Shown here piece by piece: positions 35,180-46,033 of a stretch of 64,000 bases of DNA; the first letter of the stretch is position 1, and the number at the start of each line of letters is the position of its first letter. Source of the DNA: Chloroflexota bacterium (GTDB taxonomy: Bacteria > Chloroflexota > UBA11872 > UBA12225 > JAJDUF01); contig OZ250185.1 in NCBI GenBank assembly GCA_965238265.1, positions 4,081,031-4,145,030 on the forward strand. Direction: 5' to 3'. The translations under genes were made by a program, and so were the position numbers. Under the pieces are notes generated by a model that saw only the letters and a program-made list of their open reading frames with translations, ran no database searches and was not told the DNA's origin.

Positions 35180-35725
35180 ATGGATCGTAACCAGGCGATG
35201 GCGATTGTGGACGAGATGCTGACCGACCCCAACCTGAAGAAGCACTGTCTCGCCGTTGAGTCGATCATGCGGGCGTTAGCGCGTCACTTCGAGGCAGATG
35301 AGGAGGAATGGGGACTGGTTGGCCTGCTCCATGATGCTGACTACGAGGTGACGGAAAAAGACCCGGATCGTCACATGCACGTCATCGTCGAGCGCGTGCG
35401 TGCGGAGGGCGTATCCGAGCGGATTGTTCAGGGCATCCTGGCGCACGGCGGCCAAGCGCCGCTCGACAACAAGCTCAATGCCTCCATCTTTGCTTGCGAC
35501 CACCTCTCCGGGCTGATTACGGCCTACGCGCTGCTCCATCCACAGAGGCTAGCCGGGGTCAAGACCAAAGGGGTACTCAAGCGCTTCCGGCAAACGGCCT
35601 TTGCCCGCGGCGTGGACCGCGACGACATCCTCACCTGCGAGCCAAATCTGGGCCTGCCGCTGGCGGAGTTCGTGACCATCGGGGTTGAGGCGATGCAAGG
35701 CATCCGCGACGACCTCGGGCTGTGA
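35180..35725 (+). CDS. HD-domain metal-dependent phosphohydrolase
   Basis: LKKHCLAVESIM ... GLLHDADYE (H...HD) ... ILAHGG. Start at 35180; the upstream ORF-track extension is repeat-encoded. Confidence 0.8.
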   Translation: MDRNQAMAIVDEMLTDPNLKKHCLAVESIMRALARHFEADEEEWGLVGLLHDADYEVTEKDPDRHMHVIVERVRAEGVSERIVQGILAHGGQAPLDNKLNASIFACDHLSGLITAYALLHPQRLAGVKTKGVLKRFRQTAFARGVDRDDILTCEPNLGLPLAEFVTIGVEAMQGIRDDLGL

Positions 35726-35794
35726 CCGGCCCCCTGAGCGCCTCGACCGTGCCTCCCGGCGGATTGACGAGGCGCAGCGCAGGATTGCGAGGCG

Positions 35795-37387
35795 CTAGGG
35801 CCGGAGCCGGAGCAGCCAGAGGCTGTGGTCGGCGGCTGAGGTGAAGACGATACGCTTGCCGTCGGTTGACAGCTCCCAGCTATTGTTGGTGATGGCGAAG
35901 GGAGTTTCGGCGGGGTCGGTGAGCGGCACCGGTAGCACACCATCTACATAGGCACGCCAGAAACGGTCGCCGCTGGCCCCCTTGGGGCGCGGTGGCAGCA
36001 CGATCAGGCTGGCCGAGTCCGGCGCCCAGCGATAGTCACCCCAGATAATGAGACGGCGGGCTTCATCGCCATGCACGCGCTGGACCCACAGGCCATCGCG
36101 CTGCAAATCGCCGGTGAAGGCAGCGACGTAGGCTATCCATTCCCCATCCGGCGAGAGACGGCCGGACAGCAGCCGGGGCGCAGTGGTCCGGAGCGCCACC
36201 TCGCCCGTTTCCACGTCCAGGAGGCCCAGTGATGTCTCCAGCTTGCCGACGGTGCGCCACGTCACCAGGAGCGCAGAGCCATCGCGCAGCCAGCCGTGAA
36301 TACGCGCACCGGGCAAGGTGGCGAGCGCTCGCGCCTCTGTGCCACGCAGGTCCGCAATCCAAATCGCAATGGGGCCGAGGATGCGGGCAGTGCCTTGGGG
36401 GGGCCGGCTGACCGCGCCCCGTGCGAGCGGACGCTCGGCGGGCCGCAGCGTGAACGCGATGTGCTCCCCACGCGGACCAAAGAGTATCCGGCTCGGCAGG
36501 TTGGGGAGCACCCATTCCTCTTCAGTAGCCAGCTCCCGGACCCGCATCTGCCTGCTATCCGGTTCCGGCACAGCAACCGTCGAGCGGTCGGACGAGAAAT
36601 AGCCATAGAGCGGTGTCAACAGCGATTCTTCGCCGGTTTCCACATTGACCGACCAGGTGCCGGCAGCGTCGCTAGTGCGCCGGTCGTAATAGAGCACATG
36701 GGTACTATCGGCTGCCCAGAGAAACGCCGCGCAGCAGCCGTCGGGAGTCAGCTTGGACACCGTTGGCCGGAACGGCGGGGTCGCGGTCGGGAGCGGCACC
36801 TGCCCATTCACCGTGCCTCCTGGGGCCTGGCTTTGCTTGGAGACCGGGGTGATGGCGCTGCGTAGAGACACTGCCAACCCGGTAGGGGTTGGTACCTCGC
36901 GCCCGATTCGTGCTGCTCCCACCGTAGGCGTGCGTACTAGCGACTCTACGGTCACGGTCGCCGCGCTGCCAGGGTCCGTCTCAACTGTAGATGCGGAGAT
37001 CGTAGCCCCGGCTTGGGGCGTGCTCGGCGGCTGCGTGCTCTGTTCGGACACCACGGACATGTTCTCTTGAACGCGGCCCACACGCTCGGTCGGCGTAACA
37101 ATCGCCGGCTTGGCTAAACCGACTGCGCCGGAGGTGCCTGTTGGGGCAACGGAGAGCATAGCAAGGATGGTTGCGCCCGGCGCTGCCAGCACGGTGACCG
37201 CCAAGGCCAGCCAAGCGTACCGCCGGTTAGTCGCATGGACAGCAACCGTGGGCGTCGGTAGCTGCCGTATACTCTGGCGCCAGTAGCGCCGCAGCCGCGG
37301 CGGGAGTCTTTGCAGCTGCCGGCCGGCGCGGCTCAGGAGCGAACCTAATGCCGCGGTCTCGGCCTGGTCAAGCAGCGCTGGTAGCAT
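35795..37387 (-). CDS. membrane-anchored TolB-like (PD40/WD40-like) beta-propeller protein
   Basis: N-terminal TM (YAWLALAVTVLAAPGATILAML), an S/T/P-rich linker, then PD40-like blades (SPDGEWIAYV, STDGKRIVFTS, GPRGEHIAFT). Confidence 0.7.
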   Translation of the reverse strand: MLPALLDQAETAALGSLLSRAGRQLQRLPPRLRRYWRQSIRQLPTPTVAVHATNRRYAWLALAVTVLAAPGATILAMLSVAPTGTSGAVGLAKPAIVTPTERVGRVQENMSVVSEQSTQPPSTPQAGATISASTVETDPGSAATVTVESLVRTPTVGAARIGREVPTPTGLAVSLRSAITPVSKQSQAPGGTVNGQVPLPTATPPFRPTVSKLTPDGCCAAFLWAADSTHVLYYDRRTSDAAGTWSVNVETGEESLLTPLYGYFSSDRSTVAVPEPDSRQMRVRELATEEEWVLPNLPSRILFGPRGEHIAFTLRPAERPLARGAVSRPPQGTARILGPIAIWIADLRGTEARALATLPGARIHGWLRDGSALLVTWRTVGKLETSLGLLDVETGEVALRTTAPRLLSGRLSPDGEWIAYVAAFTGDLQRDGLWVQRVHGDEARRLIIWGDYRWAPDSASLIVLPPRPKGASGDRFWRAYVDGVLPVPLTDPAETPFAITNNSWELSTDGKRIVFTSAADHSLWLLRLRP

Positions 37388-37799
37388 CGAATGTGCTCGG
37401 TCTCGTTGACGTGGGTGAGGAGCGGTGGGTGTCCCGGGAAAGCATCGTCGGTGTCCTCAACCTAGCAACCATTCCCGAGGCGCTGTGGCGCGGATGGGTC
37501 TGCGCTCCTGGCACCACTCAGAGCACCGTAGCGCCGCGTTCCGCTATTGTGACTGCGAACGGCATCCTGCTCACGACACTCCACGTGCAGACGCTGTACC
37601 GACGCATCGCCGCCGCGGATCGTCCGGTCCGGGGGTATCTCCAGGAGGATGCGCCGGGTCTCGACAGTGTAACCTGGCCCGATGCCTAGGGCGTGGCTGC
37701 AAAGTACCAGTCGGCCCCCCCTATGGCCCCCCCCCGCTCCGCAGGGGGACGTGGATTCCGGCCGGCGCCGGGGTCCGGAGCCGCTACTTGCTTGCTGCC

Positions 37800-38522
37800 T
37801 CAGAGGGTATCGGCGGCGGGTTTGGGTTGCGCCTCGGCTTTTGCCGGGTTAGGCGCCGGTAGCCTACCACGCACCCGCGCCTTGATATCCGCTAATTGCC
37901 GGTCCAGATCATTGTCTGTTTCCAACGCCTCAAAGCGCTTTTCGAGGCTCGTCTCCGACACTTCGGCGTAGGCTGCCGTGCGTGCCTCCTCGCTGCGGAT
38001 ACGCACTTCCATGCGGGCCAGCTCGGAACTGGGGTTCATCAGGTTCAGCCGCGCAGCCGACTGAGCAACCTGTTGCTGGGCCAGCACCGTGCGGTGACGA
38101 GCAATCAGCGCATCGCGGTGACGTATCGCCTCATCATACTTTGCTTCCAGCCGGGTGAGGTCGTGCTTCAGCTTGGTCGCGATCTCTTGTTGCGCCGCCA
38201 ACTGCCGCGAGAGCATCTCCGCGTTCCGTTCGAAATCAACCTTCCGCCGGAGCGCTTCGCGGGCCAAGTCATCGGCACCGTGGGTCACGGCAAGCTCCGT
38301 CTTGCGCTCCCACTCCTGGGCCAGCCGGTAGTTCTTGAGGTAATCGGCCTCGATCATCTTCTCTTGGGCAATCATCTCGGCCGCTTGCCCGCGCGCCTGA
38401 CCAATAGCCTCGGCCATGTCCCGGATCGCCTGTTCCAGCGTCCGCTCGGGATCCTCAGAGGCATCAAGGAGGGCATTAACATTACCCCGCAAGACAGTTG
38501 AGATTCGGTCCAGTATGCCCAT
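37800..38522 (-). CDS. pspA: PspA/IM30-family protein
   Basis: MGILDRISTVLRGNVNALLDASEDPERTLEQAIRDM... is the canonical PspA/IM30 N-terminus, with coiled coil throughout. Confidence 0.9.
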   Translation of the reverse strand: MGILDRISTVLRGNVNALLDASEDPERTLEQAIRDMAEAIGQARGQAAEMIAQEKMIEADYLKNYRLAQEWERKTELAVTHGADDLAREALRRKVDFERNAEMLSRQLAAQQEIATKLKHDLTRLEAKYDEAIRHRDALIARHRTVLAQQQVAQSAARLNLMNPSSELARMEVRIRSEEARTAAYAEVSETSLEKRFEALETDNDLDRQLADIKARVRGRLPAPNPAKAEAQPKPAADTL

Positions 38523-38584
38523 GTTGCTGCGCTCATCCCTTTCCGGCCGCTACCGCGTGGCCCGATGTGGCTCCTGGCATGTTC

Positions 38585-39724
38585 CTATCCGGTGACTCTA
38601 GCATTCCTGGCCGCCTCAGACGAGCGCTCTCGTTTGCGCTGCCGGCGCCGCGCCACGATAGCCTCCTCGAAGATTGCGCGCACATCGTGGGCCATGCGCT
38701 CCGCATGGAAATAGCGAGCTACCGCTTCGCGGCCGGCCTGGCCCATGCGCCGCGCCTCGTCAGGGTGCTCGTGTAGCCAGCGTAGCTGATCGGCAAGCTG
38801 CCCCGTATCGTTCGTGCGGTAGAGGCGGCCGGCGGGGCTGGCCGTGCGGTGGAGGATTTCGGACGCTGCGCCCGTGTCGGGTGCAACGATGGGCAAGCCG
38901 GTTGCCATGGCCTCAAGCACCACCAGGCCAAACGGCTCGGACCGAATGAAGCAGCCCGCAAACGCATCGCTGGTGTGGAGGAGCGCGATCTTGTCCCGCT
39001 TGTCCCGCACCAGGCCGATCAAGTCCACATAGTCCGTCAGATCGAGGAGCCGAATCTTGGCCTCGATCACGGAGCGGAAGGCGGCGCCATCCAAAGAATC
39101 GCCAATGAGACGCAGCCGTGCCGGTACGCCGGCGCTGCGGAGAATGCGGATGGCGTGGAGCGCAAGGTCGGTGCCCTTTTCGATGTCCACCCGACTGAGG
39201 ACGCTCACCACGAAGTCCCGGTCGCTCGTGGGGGCAACAAACCGTCGGGTACGCTCGTGAGCCTCGGCGGCGGATAGCTCGGTGAGGTAGTCGGTGGAGA
39301 TGCCATACGGGACCACACGGGCCTTGGCGGTTAGGAACGGGACATCGGCGGCGATATTCTCCCGCACATTCGCGGCCGACCCCGAGATGACCAAGTCTAT
39401 CCGCTGGGCATTCCGGTGGATTTCGGGCGTGATGTCTATGCCCCGCCGTTTCATCACCTCGAAGCCTTGGGCCGCAACCACCAGCGGTACGTCGAGATCG
39501 TCCAGTAGACCAAAATAGCGGGCCATCGAAAGCTCGCAGGCGTAGTCCACGTCGGGGGCAAAGGCATGTCGGAGGCGGTTGACACGCTCTATATCGGCTG
39601 CAGAGGGACGATAGATCAACTCGTGAGCGACCTGACCCACATCGAGATCGGTAACAGCATGTCCCCCGCGAGCGGTGGACGGGTCCCCGTGCGCGACGCG
39701 CCACCGCGCAAACCAGCCCACCAC
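38585..39724 (-). CDS. glycosyltransferase family 4 (GT-B), atypical N-terminus
   Basis: C-terminal domain motifs GRLRLIGD..., EPFGLVVLEAMATGLPIVAPDTGAASEIL. The N-terminal region lacks the usual MRIL...GG start. Confidence 0.75.
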   Translation of the reverse strand: MVGWFARWRVAHGDPSTARGGHAVTDLDVGQVAHELIYRPSAADIERVNRLRHAFAPDVDYACELSMARYFGLLDDLDVPLVVAAQGFEVMKRRGIDITPEIHRNAQRIDLVISGSAANVRENIAADVPFLTAKARVVPYGISTDYLTELSAAEAHERTRRFVAPTSDRDFVVSVLSRVDIEKGTDLALHAIRILRSAGVPARLRLIGDSLDGAAFRSVIEAKIRLLDLTDYVDLIGLVRDKRDKIALLHTSDAFAGCFIRSEPFGLVVLEAMATGLPIVAPDTGAASEILHRTASPAGRLYRTNDTGQLADQLRWLHEHPDEARRMGQAGREAVARYFHAERMAHDVRAIFEEAIVARRRQRKRERSSEAARNARVTG

Positions 39725-40037
39725 TCTTAACCTGCGTGTACTATCGACAGAGCCGATTCGCTAAGACGAATCGGACGCCGTTCCTGCGGGTATGGGGGCT
39801 CTGCTCATGGCGGGCGCCATCGCCGTCCAATGCTGGCTCATCTTCCAAAAGGGGAGAGAAGCCCTGGAGAAGCTCTTGGTTATCTGTTGGCGCTATATGT
39901 TATAGTGGGTGAACGCGCCTGGTACCGCACCAAGGCTTCATACACGGCAACGGACCACCATCTGCCCCATCTTTCGTCTTTTCCCCCTGCGCTAGATTAC
40001 CCGTTCTGCCCCTTTGGAAGAAGGAGTCCGTTTCCAC

Positions 40038-41410
40038 ATGCCTTTAGAACCCCTATCGACTCGCCCAAGTTTGGCTGGCCCTAAACGCCGGCACCAGGCC
40101 GTCTGCGCCGAGTGTGGCACGTCCACGACAGTCCCCTTCCGGCCAAGCCAAGGCCGCCCGGTGTACTGCTCCCCGTGCTTCAGAACCCAGCGTGACGCCC
40201 TTTCCTCTCCCGCAGGAGCACCCGCAAGGGGGCCATCTACCACAAATCAATTCCCCGCTGATGGCGCTGCCGGCCCTGCTCCAGGGTTTCCAGAAATGGC
40301 CTTGAGAGCCGCTATCAGAGCAGCGCTCTTCCGTATGAACATATCAGAGCCCATGCCCATTCAAGAGAAGTCGATCCCTCTTCTCCTGGCGGGCCGGGAC
40401 GTGGTAGGGCAGGCACGTACGGGGTCTGGGAAGACCCTGGCGTTCGCCGTACCCCTGGCAGAACAGTGCGACCCGTCGGTCCGGCAGGTCCAGGCGCTGG
40501 TGCTGGTGCCCACTCGCGAGTTGGCCATCCAGGTGGCCGGAGTAACGGAGGCCATGGCGTCACCACAACGGCTACGCTGCACCTTGCTTTACGGTGGCCG
40601 GTCGTTGCAGCCGGAATACAAAGCATTGAAGGCCGGCGCCCAGATCATCATCGGCACTCCTGGCCGCACCCTGGACCACCTCCAGCAGGGTACTCTAGAC
40701 CCACAATCAGTACGGTTCTTGGTGTTGGATGAGGCGGACGAAATGCTGGACAAGGGGTTTGCCCACGACGTCGAGGCTATCCTTAGCCGGACGCCCTCCA
40801 GCCGGCAGACCGCGCTCTCTCGGCGACAATGCCCGACTGGGTGGCGAAGACGGCCACGAAGCACCTGCGGAACCCCGCAATGGTAGAGGTGGACGCAGAC
40901 CTGCAAGCGGTGCCTACCGTGAAGCATCTGGTCTATACCATCCAGAAGGACGCCAAGATCGGCGCACTCCGGAACTTGCTGGGCCAGCGGGACGACGCGC
41001 CGGTCAACGTCTTTGGCAAAACCAAGCGCGGGGTGAAGAAGCTGGCAGCGCAGTTGGGCGGGCTGGGCTACCCGGTGGAGGGCTTCCGTTCCGGCGCGAC
41101 GCCTATCCTGGTGGCAACCAACGTGGCCGCGCGTGGGCTGGATATCGAGGGTGTTGGCCAGGTCATCAACTTTGACCTGCCGGACTCTGAACTGCTCTTC
41201 ACCCACAGGACCGGAAGGACGGGCCGCATGGGCCGCTCCGGTGAGGCCGTGACGTTCATCACACCGGATGAGGAGCGGAAGTGGCGTGAGATCGACCGGG
41301 GCCTGGGCGGCCGGTTCGTACGCAAGCCGTGGAACGCCTCCCGTAGGGTGGGACAACGTCAAGAGAGCACTCCAAAGCAGCCGCAGCTGCTCTCTAGCGT
41401 CCCTGTGTGA
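40038..41410 (+). pseudogene. DEAD-box RNA helicase with N-terminal CxxC-x17-CxxC zinc ribbon; disrupted by a 1-nt frame shift and an apparent in-frame deletion
   Basis: ORF 40014..40886 carries CAEC-x17-CSPC, the Q motif (PMPIQ), motifs I (ARTGSGKT), Ia (PTRELA), Ib (TPGR), II (DEAD) and ...RQTAL. Motif III onward (MPDW..., VATNVAARGLD, HRTGRTGRMG) continues in ORF 40829..41410 in another frame. ctctctcggcgaca reads L-FSAT-M if one T is restored. GYPVE|GFRSG (about 41078) lacks the expected LHGD..Q..R segment. Confidence 0.65.
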
Positions 41411-41562
41411 TGGCGCAGTTGCCCCGTCTCCAAGACGTACAGCCGTTTGGGATAGCCAACAACTCGGCTATAAGGCGGTGGGACTGCTCCGAGCCTTTCC
41501 AAACAAATTCGGCGCTCTCCGGGTCCGTCCTAACGCCATCATGGCACGCGGTGTGAATAGAT

Positions 41563-43401
41563 TTGAGCGACTACCAGAACAACACCATCCGTAACCTAGC
41601 CGTCATAGCCCACGTCGACCACGGCAAGACCACTCTGGTCGACGCCCTGTTGATGCAGGGACAGGTCTTCCGTGCCCACCAACAGGTGGGCACGTTGATC
41701 ATGGACACCAATCCTCTGGAGCGAGAGCGTGGCATCACAATTCTGGCCAAGAACGCCTCCGTCTCCTATGGGGGAGTTAGGATCAACATCATCGACACCC
41801 CGGGCCACGCCGACTTCAGCGGTGAGGTGGAACGTGTCATGAACATGGCCGATGGCTGTCTGCTGTTGGTGGACGCTGTAGACGGGCCCATGCCTCAGAC
41901 TACCTACGTGCTACGCCAAGCCCTCCAACAGAACGTCACCCCCATGGTGGTCATTAGCAAGATAGACCGCCCCGAGGCCCGGGTGGCAGAGGTGGTCGAG
42001 ATGGTCCAAGACCTGTTCTTGGAACTGGCTACAGATGCGAAGCAGCTGGACTTCCCGGTGTTGTATGCATCGGCCCGGCAGGGTTACGCCACTACGGACC
42101 TGGACACGCCATGGTCGGATATGCAACCCCTCTTTCAGGCGATCCTGGACTCAGTCCCGCCGCCAAAAGGAGACCCCACGGCCCCGCTCCAAATGCTGGT
42201 TGCGGCGCTGGACTACGACAACTATCTGGGACAGGTGGCCGTGGGCCGGATCACCAATGGCACGCTCAAGCAGCGCGACGACGTGACCTTGCTGTGCCTC
42301 AACGCCGAGCCCACTACCCACAACCTGGAGCACATTTTTGTTTTTCGTGGGATGAAGCGGGCGGAAGTCTCCGAAGCCCGCGCCGGGGACATTGCGGCCG
42401 TGACTGGTCCCAAGGGGGTGTCCATAGGCGACACCATCACCTCTCTTGAACACCCGGAGGCTCTACCGTCTATCGACATCAATGAACCGACGGTGCGGAT
42501 GAGCTTCGGGGTCAACACCTCCCCTTTCATGGGCAGGGAGGGTGTCCACTGCACTTCCCGAAATCTCCACGAGCGGCTGATGAGAGAGTTGCGGACCAAC
42601 GTCAGTTTGAGGGTAGAGGCCACCCCCAGCGCCGACGTGTTCATGGTTGCCGGCCGGGGAGAGCTACACCTGTCCATCCTAGCCGAAACTATGCGCCGTG
42701 AACAGTTCGAATTTCAGGTGTCCCGTCCCGCACCCGTCACCAAGGTGATTGACGGTGAGATATACGAGCCCTACGAGATTTTGAATGTCAGCGCCCGTGA
42801 AGAGTACGTTGGCGTACTGACCGAATACCTATCGGCCCACATGGCCCAGTTCCGGGATATGCGGTACACCGAGAGCGGCTCCGTCCACATGGAGTACAAG
42901 ATACCCACCCGTGGGCTGATCGGATTTAATGCTTTCTTTCTCCGCACCACGCGGGGTGACGGAGTGAAAAGCAGTATCTTCACCTCCTACGAGCTGATGG
43001 AGGGCGAAATAAAATCCGAACGCGGTGGCGTGCTCGTGGCGTCGGAGCGTGGTGTGGCCGTCACCTATGGGTTGCGGAACGCCCAGGGCAGGGGCGACAC
43101 CTTCATCGACCCGGGCACAAGAGTGTACGAAGGCATGATCATCGGCTCCCACCGCCGCGACGGCGACATTGAAATCAACGTCTGCAAGGAGAAGAAGCTG
43201 ACCAATATGCGCTCTTCAACGGCCGATGTCGCCAGACGCCTGAACTCCACCATAAGGTTCAGTCTGGAGGAAGCCATGGCGTTCATCTCTGACGACGAAC
43301 TGGTGGAGATTACTCCACAGAGCTTGCGCCTTCGTAAGATGGCGCTCTCGGCGCCAGACCGAAAGCGCCACCGCCGGGCCGGGGCCCGCACCCGAGATTA
43401 A
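41563..43401 (+). CDS. typA: translational GTPase TypA/BipA
   Basis: [30 protein letters not shown] and SKIDR G-motifs. The EF-G-like domain order and C-terminal domain are typical of BipA. TTG start. Confidence 0.95.
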   Translation: MSDYQNNTIRNLAVIAHVDHGKTTLVDALLMQGQVFRAHQQVGTLIMDTNPLERERGITILAKNASVSYGGVRINIIDTPGHADFSGEVERVMNMADGCLLLVDAVDGPMPQTTYVLRQALQQNVTPMVVISKIDRPEARVAEVVEMVQDLFLELATDAKQLDFPVLYASARQGYATTDLDTPWSDMQPLFQAILDSVPPPKGDPTAPLQMLVAALDYDNYLGQVAVGRITNGTLKQRDDVTLLCLNAEPTTHNLEHIFVFRGMKRAEVSEARAGDIAAVTGPKGVSIGDTITSLEHPEALPSIDINEPTVRMSFGVNTSPFMGREGVHCTSRNLHERLMRELRTNVSLRVEATPSADVFMVAGRGELHLSILAETMRREQFEFQVSRPAPVTKVIDGEIYEPYEILNVSAREEYVGVLTEYLSAHMAQFRDMRYTESGSVHMEYKIPTRGLIGFNAFFLRTTRGDGVKSSIFTSYELMEGEIKSERGGVLVASERGVAVTYGLRNAQGRGDTFIDPGTRVYEGMIIGSHRRDGDIEINVCKEKKLTNMRSSTADVARRLNSTIRFSLEEAMAFISDDELVEITPQSLRLRKMALSAPDRKRHRRAGARTRD

Positions 43402-43425
43402 GGACGCCCCAGGGCGGACGTACCA

Positions 43426-43818
43426 TCACGAACTCCATCGCTGAAACCTCGGCGATTTCGCCAAGCCAACCCCCGTCATGAGTCGAAATTCTAGGTTGTT
43501 AGTCCGACCATCCCCGGCCCCAACCGTGCCGCCACGCTCACAACGCCACCACCAACTCAAAAGTTCGCAGTACAGTACGCTTAGGCCCGCCAGCCACCGG
43601 AGCGGAAACGGCTTCTGGCGCAGGGCGTAGTCACCGACGTTGAAGCCCAGCTCGTAGTCCAACAGCTCGGGAGGGATTTCGTCGTTGTGCGGGGGTGCTA
43701 CCGCTGCAAAGGGGAGCACCTGACAACCAAGCCGGCGCAGGTGGCGGATCAGCAGAATGGACTGCTGGATCACGCCGCCATACCAGAGCTGGCCGGTCAT
43801 CGCGAAAAAGATGCGCAT
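43426..43818 (-). pseudogene. possible remnant of a glycosyltransferase N-terminus (very uncertain)
   Basis: MRIFFAMTGQLWYGGVIQQSILLIRHLRRLGCQV resembles the beta1-loop-alpha1-beta2 start of GT-B enzymes, but the rest has no GT features and ends after 130 aa. Confidence 0.2.
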
Positions 43819-44025
43819 CTGCTCTCCACTCAGACAACTGTATGCTGGTACCGCACAAACCGGGCAGTGGTGCAGACCAAGCGATCAGTGGCAGCAAGTC
43901 GTAGCCAGCTCTGAGGACGCTGCAACGGAACGAGGCCGATGGCGGCGCTCATTGGCTGCTCCGCCGTACTCTTGCGATGCATGCCAATGTTTAGACCGAT
44001 GACAGGCCCGCCAAGTTGCGCGCGC

Positions 44026-44054
44026 TTGTACCACGCCGAACCCAGTGCTATAAT
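44026..44054 (+). promoter_or_regulatory. putative sigma70-type promoter upstream of the LysM gene
   Basis: TTGTAC (44026..44031), a 17-nt spacer, then TATAAT (44049..44054). This leaves a GC-rich leader of about 100 nt before GGAGGGGGAG and the ATG at 44162. Confidence 0.4.
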
Positions 44055-44161
44055 CGCGGCGCAGCGGACAGCGCACGCGCCGGGCAAGCGGCCGGCCGCA
44101 GGGCAGGAAGGCGCTAGATCCGACGGGACACAGGGACTGTCCATAGCGCAGGAGGGGGAGT

Positions 44162-44440
44162 ATGGGTATCTTAGACTGGCTGTTTGGGGGTAGCAAAGAG
44201 GAGGCGGTGCCCGAAACACCGCCGATCACCTATAGCACCGGTTCCGGGGAGACTCTCCGGACAATCGCGCGGAAGTTCTACGGCAGTGAAACGCAGTGGG
44301 AGAGGCTCTACCGGCGCAATTCCCGTATCCTGGAGGATGCGGAAGGAGACATTTACCCCGGCACCCAGCTCACCATTCCCGATCCGAAATATGATCTGGA
44401 AGGGAATCCCATCAAGCCGGAGGACGCGGATAGCGAGTAG
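44162..44440 (+). CDS. small LysM-domain protein
   Basis: YSTGSGETLRTIARKFYGSETQWERLYRRNSRIL....IYPGTQLTIP matches the LysM consensus layout. Strong SD. Confidence 0.75.
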   Translation: MGILDWLFGGSKEEAVPETPPITYSTGSGETLRTIARKFYGSETQWERLYRRNSRILEDAEGDIYPGTQLTIPDPKYDLEGNPIKPEDADSE

Positions 44441-44655
44441 TAGTCTAGCTGCTCACCGCGATCAGCGCGTGAGACGCATTTGCGTTTTGCCGGCTGTGTA
44501 GCATGTTCCACTGCCGCCCGAGGTGTCGGCGCCTACCGTGTAGGCACGCCCTTGGTCAACCGCAATGGCGGTACACTGTGCGTGGTGACGTGCCCGGTAG
44601 CTCTTGCCGCCGGTGATGACTTGTGCCACTACTCCATAGGTCGGGGCCGTAGCCC

Positions 44656-45858
44656 TTGAACCCCTTCGTCCTGATCCTCCTCAGCCTCGGCCACCTGGTG
44701 ACAGACTTCAGCGCCGGGGCTATACCGGCGCTGCTGCCGTTCTTCCAACGGAGCTTCGGCCTCAGCTACGGCAGTCTCGGTTTCCTGAACGGCGTCTTCC
44801 AATTCACCGCGTCGGTCATGCAGCCCCTCTTTGGGCTACTCACTGACCGAGTCCCGGCCCGCCTGCTGCTGCCGGTAGCCTGCATCGTAGCCGGGGGAGG
44901 GCTGGCCTTCACCGGTCTTGCACCAGGCTATGGCGCGCTGCTCTTGCTGCTCGCTGTCGCCGGAGTGGGTGTTGCCGCCTTCCATCCGCTTGGCTATCGC
45001 TTGGCAAACCAGCACAGCGGCGAACGGCGCGGCGCGGCGACCGCGCTGTTTAGCGTCGGAGGCAACTTCGGCGTCGCCATCGGCCCGCTGTTGGCGACGG
45101 CGCTGGTACTGGAGTTTGGCGGACCGGGCACGCTCGGAATAGCCCTACCCGGTCTCCTCGTGGCCGGCTTCATCTGGTGGAAAGTGCCCCGGCGCCCGCC
45201 GTTCTCCTTGCGACGCGCTAGTGACGGCGGCGCGGCGCCGGTGCGGCCACGGATCGCACCGATGGGCCTCCTCACGCTGGTGGTGATCCTGCGCTCGGCC
45301 GCCACCGTTAGTCTGAATACCTTCATCCCGTTGTACTACATTGACGTTGTCGGCGCGTCCGAAACGACGGCGAGCCGGATGCTCTCGCTGCTGCTCGTCA
45401 GCGGCGCCGTCGGCACCTTGCTGGGTGGCCCGGTGTCTGATCGGGTCGGTCGCCTGCGGGTGTTGGCGGCAACGCTCGCGTTGATGACCCCGGCGCTGCT
45501 GGTCTTCCTCAACAGTCAGGGATTCGTGGCCGCAGCAGCGCTGTCGCTCACCGGATTTTTCCTGGTGTCGTCATTCGCAGTTACCGTCGTGATGGCCCAG
45601 GACCTGTGGCCGGAGAACGTGGGCCTAGCCAGCGGCATGATGGTGGGGTTTGCCTTCGGCGTCGGTGGCCTGATCGTCCCGCTGATTGGCCTGGTCGCCG
45701 AGCGCTGGGGACTACTCGCAGCCCTGCAAGTGATCGTCGTCTTCCCCGTGAGCGCCGTAGCGCTGACCATCCTGCTGGCCGCGGCCATGCGTCGCCTCGA
45801 CCGGGTGGGGTCGTCAGCAGCATCCGGCCACGGCCGGCGCATTGGCGCCGGGGCCTGA
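44656..45858 (+). CDS. MFS transporter
   Basis: 400 aa with about 12 TM segments and an MFS-type loop motif (GLLTDRVPAR). TTG start per the ORF track. Confidence 0.8.
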   Translation: MNPFVLILLSLGHLVTDFSAGAIPALLPFFQRSFGLSYGSLGFLNGVFQFTASVMQPLFGLLTDRVPARLLLPVACIVAGGGLAFTGLAPGYGALLLLLAVAGVGVAAFHPLGYRLANQHSGERRGAATALFSVGGNFGVAIGPLLATALVLEFGGPGTLGIALPGLLVAGFIWWKVPRRPPFSLRRASDGGAAPVRPRIAPMGLLTLVVILRSAATVSLNTFIPLYYIDVVGASETTASRMLSLLLVSGAVGTLLGGPVSDRVGRLRVLAATLALMTPALLVFLNSQGFVAAAALSLTGFFLVSSFAVTVVMAQDLWPENVGLASGMMVGFAFGVGGLIVPLIGLVAERWGLLAALQVIVVFPVSAVALTILLAAAMRRLDRVGSSAASGHGRRIGAGA

Positions 45859-45864
45859 GCGGGG

Positions 45865-46012
45865 TTGGACCTCACCCCCGGCCCCTTCCCTACCAGGGAA
45901 GGGGAGTCATGGCGGCGCCCGGCGGGAGTAGCCGCCGTAGGGGCAACCCTCGTGGCTGCCCTCGCCAGCACCTCAGCCGCGGTGAGGGCGCCCACAAGGG
46001 ACGCCCCTACAG
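45865..46012. repeat. composite repeat, families D and F
   Basis: ttggacctcacccccggccccttccctaccagggaaggggagtcatggcggcg ... gcgcccacaagggacgcccctacagg. Confidence 0.8.
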
Positions 46013-46033
46013 GATTGGTGCGCCGGACGCGAC

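Noticed and set aside
39725-40013. Promoter call (TTGGTT...TATAGT near 39880..39910) and structured 5' UTR for the DEAD-box gene
   Set aside because: The spacer length is non-optimal at about 19 nt and several alternatives exist. This is not strong enough to annotate, so it is mentioned only in the helicase finding.
44441-44655. A 54-codon minus-strand ORF (GTG start; ...ITGGKSYRARHHAQCTAIAVDQGRAYTVGADTSGGSGTCYTAGKTQ) between the LysM and MFS genes, considered as a small peptide or RiPP precursor
   Set aside because: It has no SD, no adjacent modification enzymes and only weak codon bias. The evidence is insufficient.
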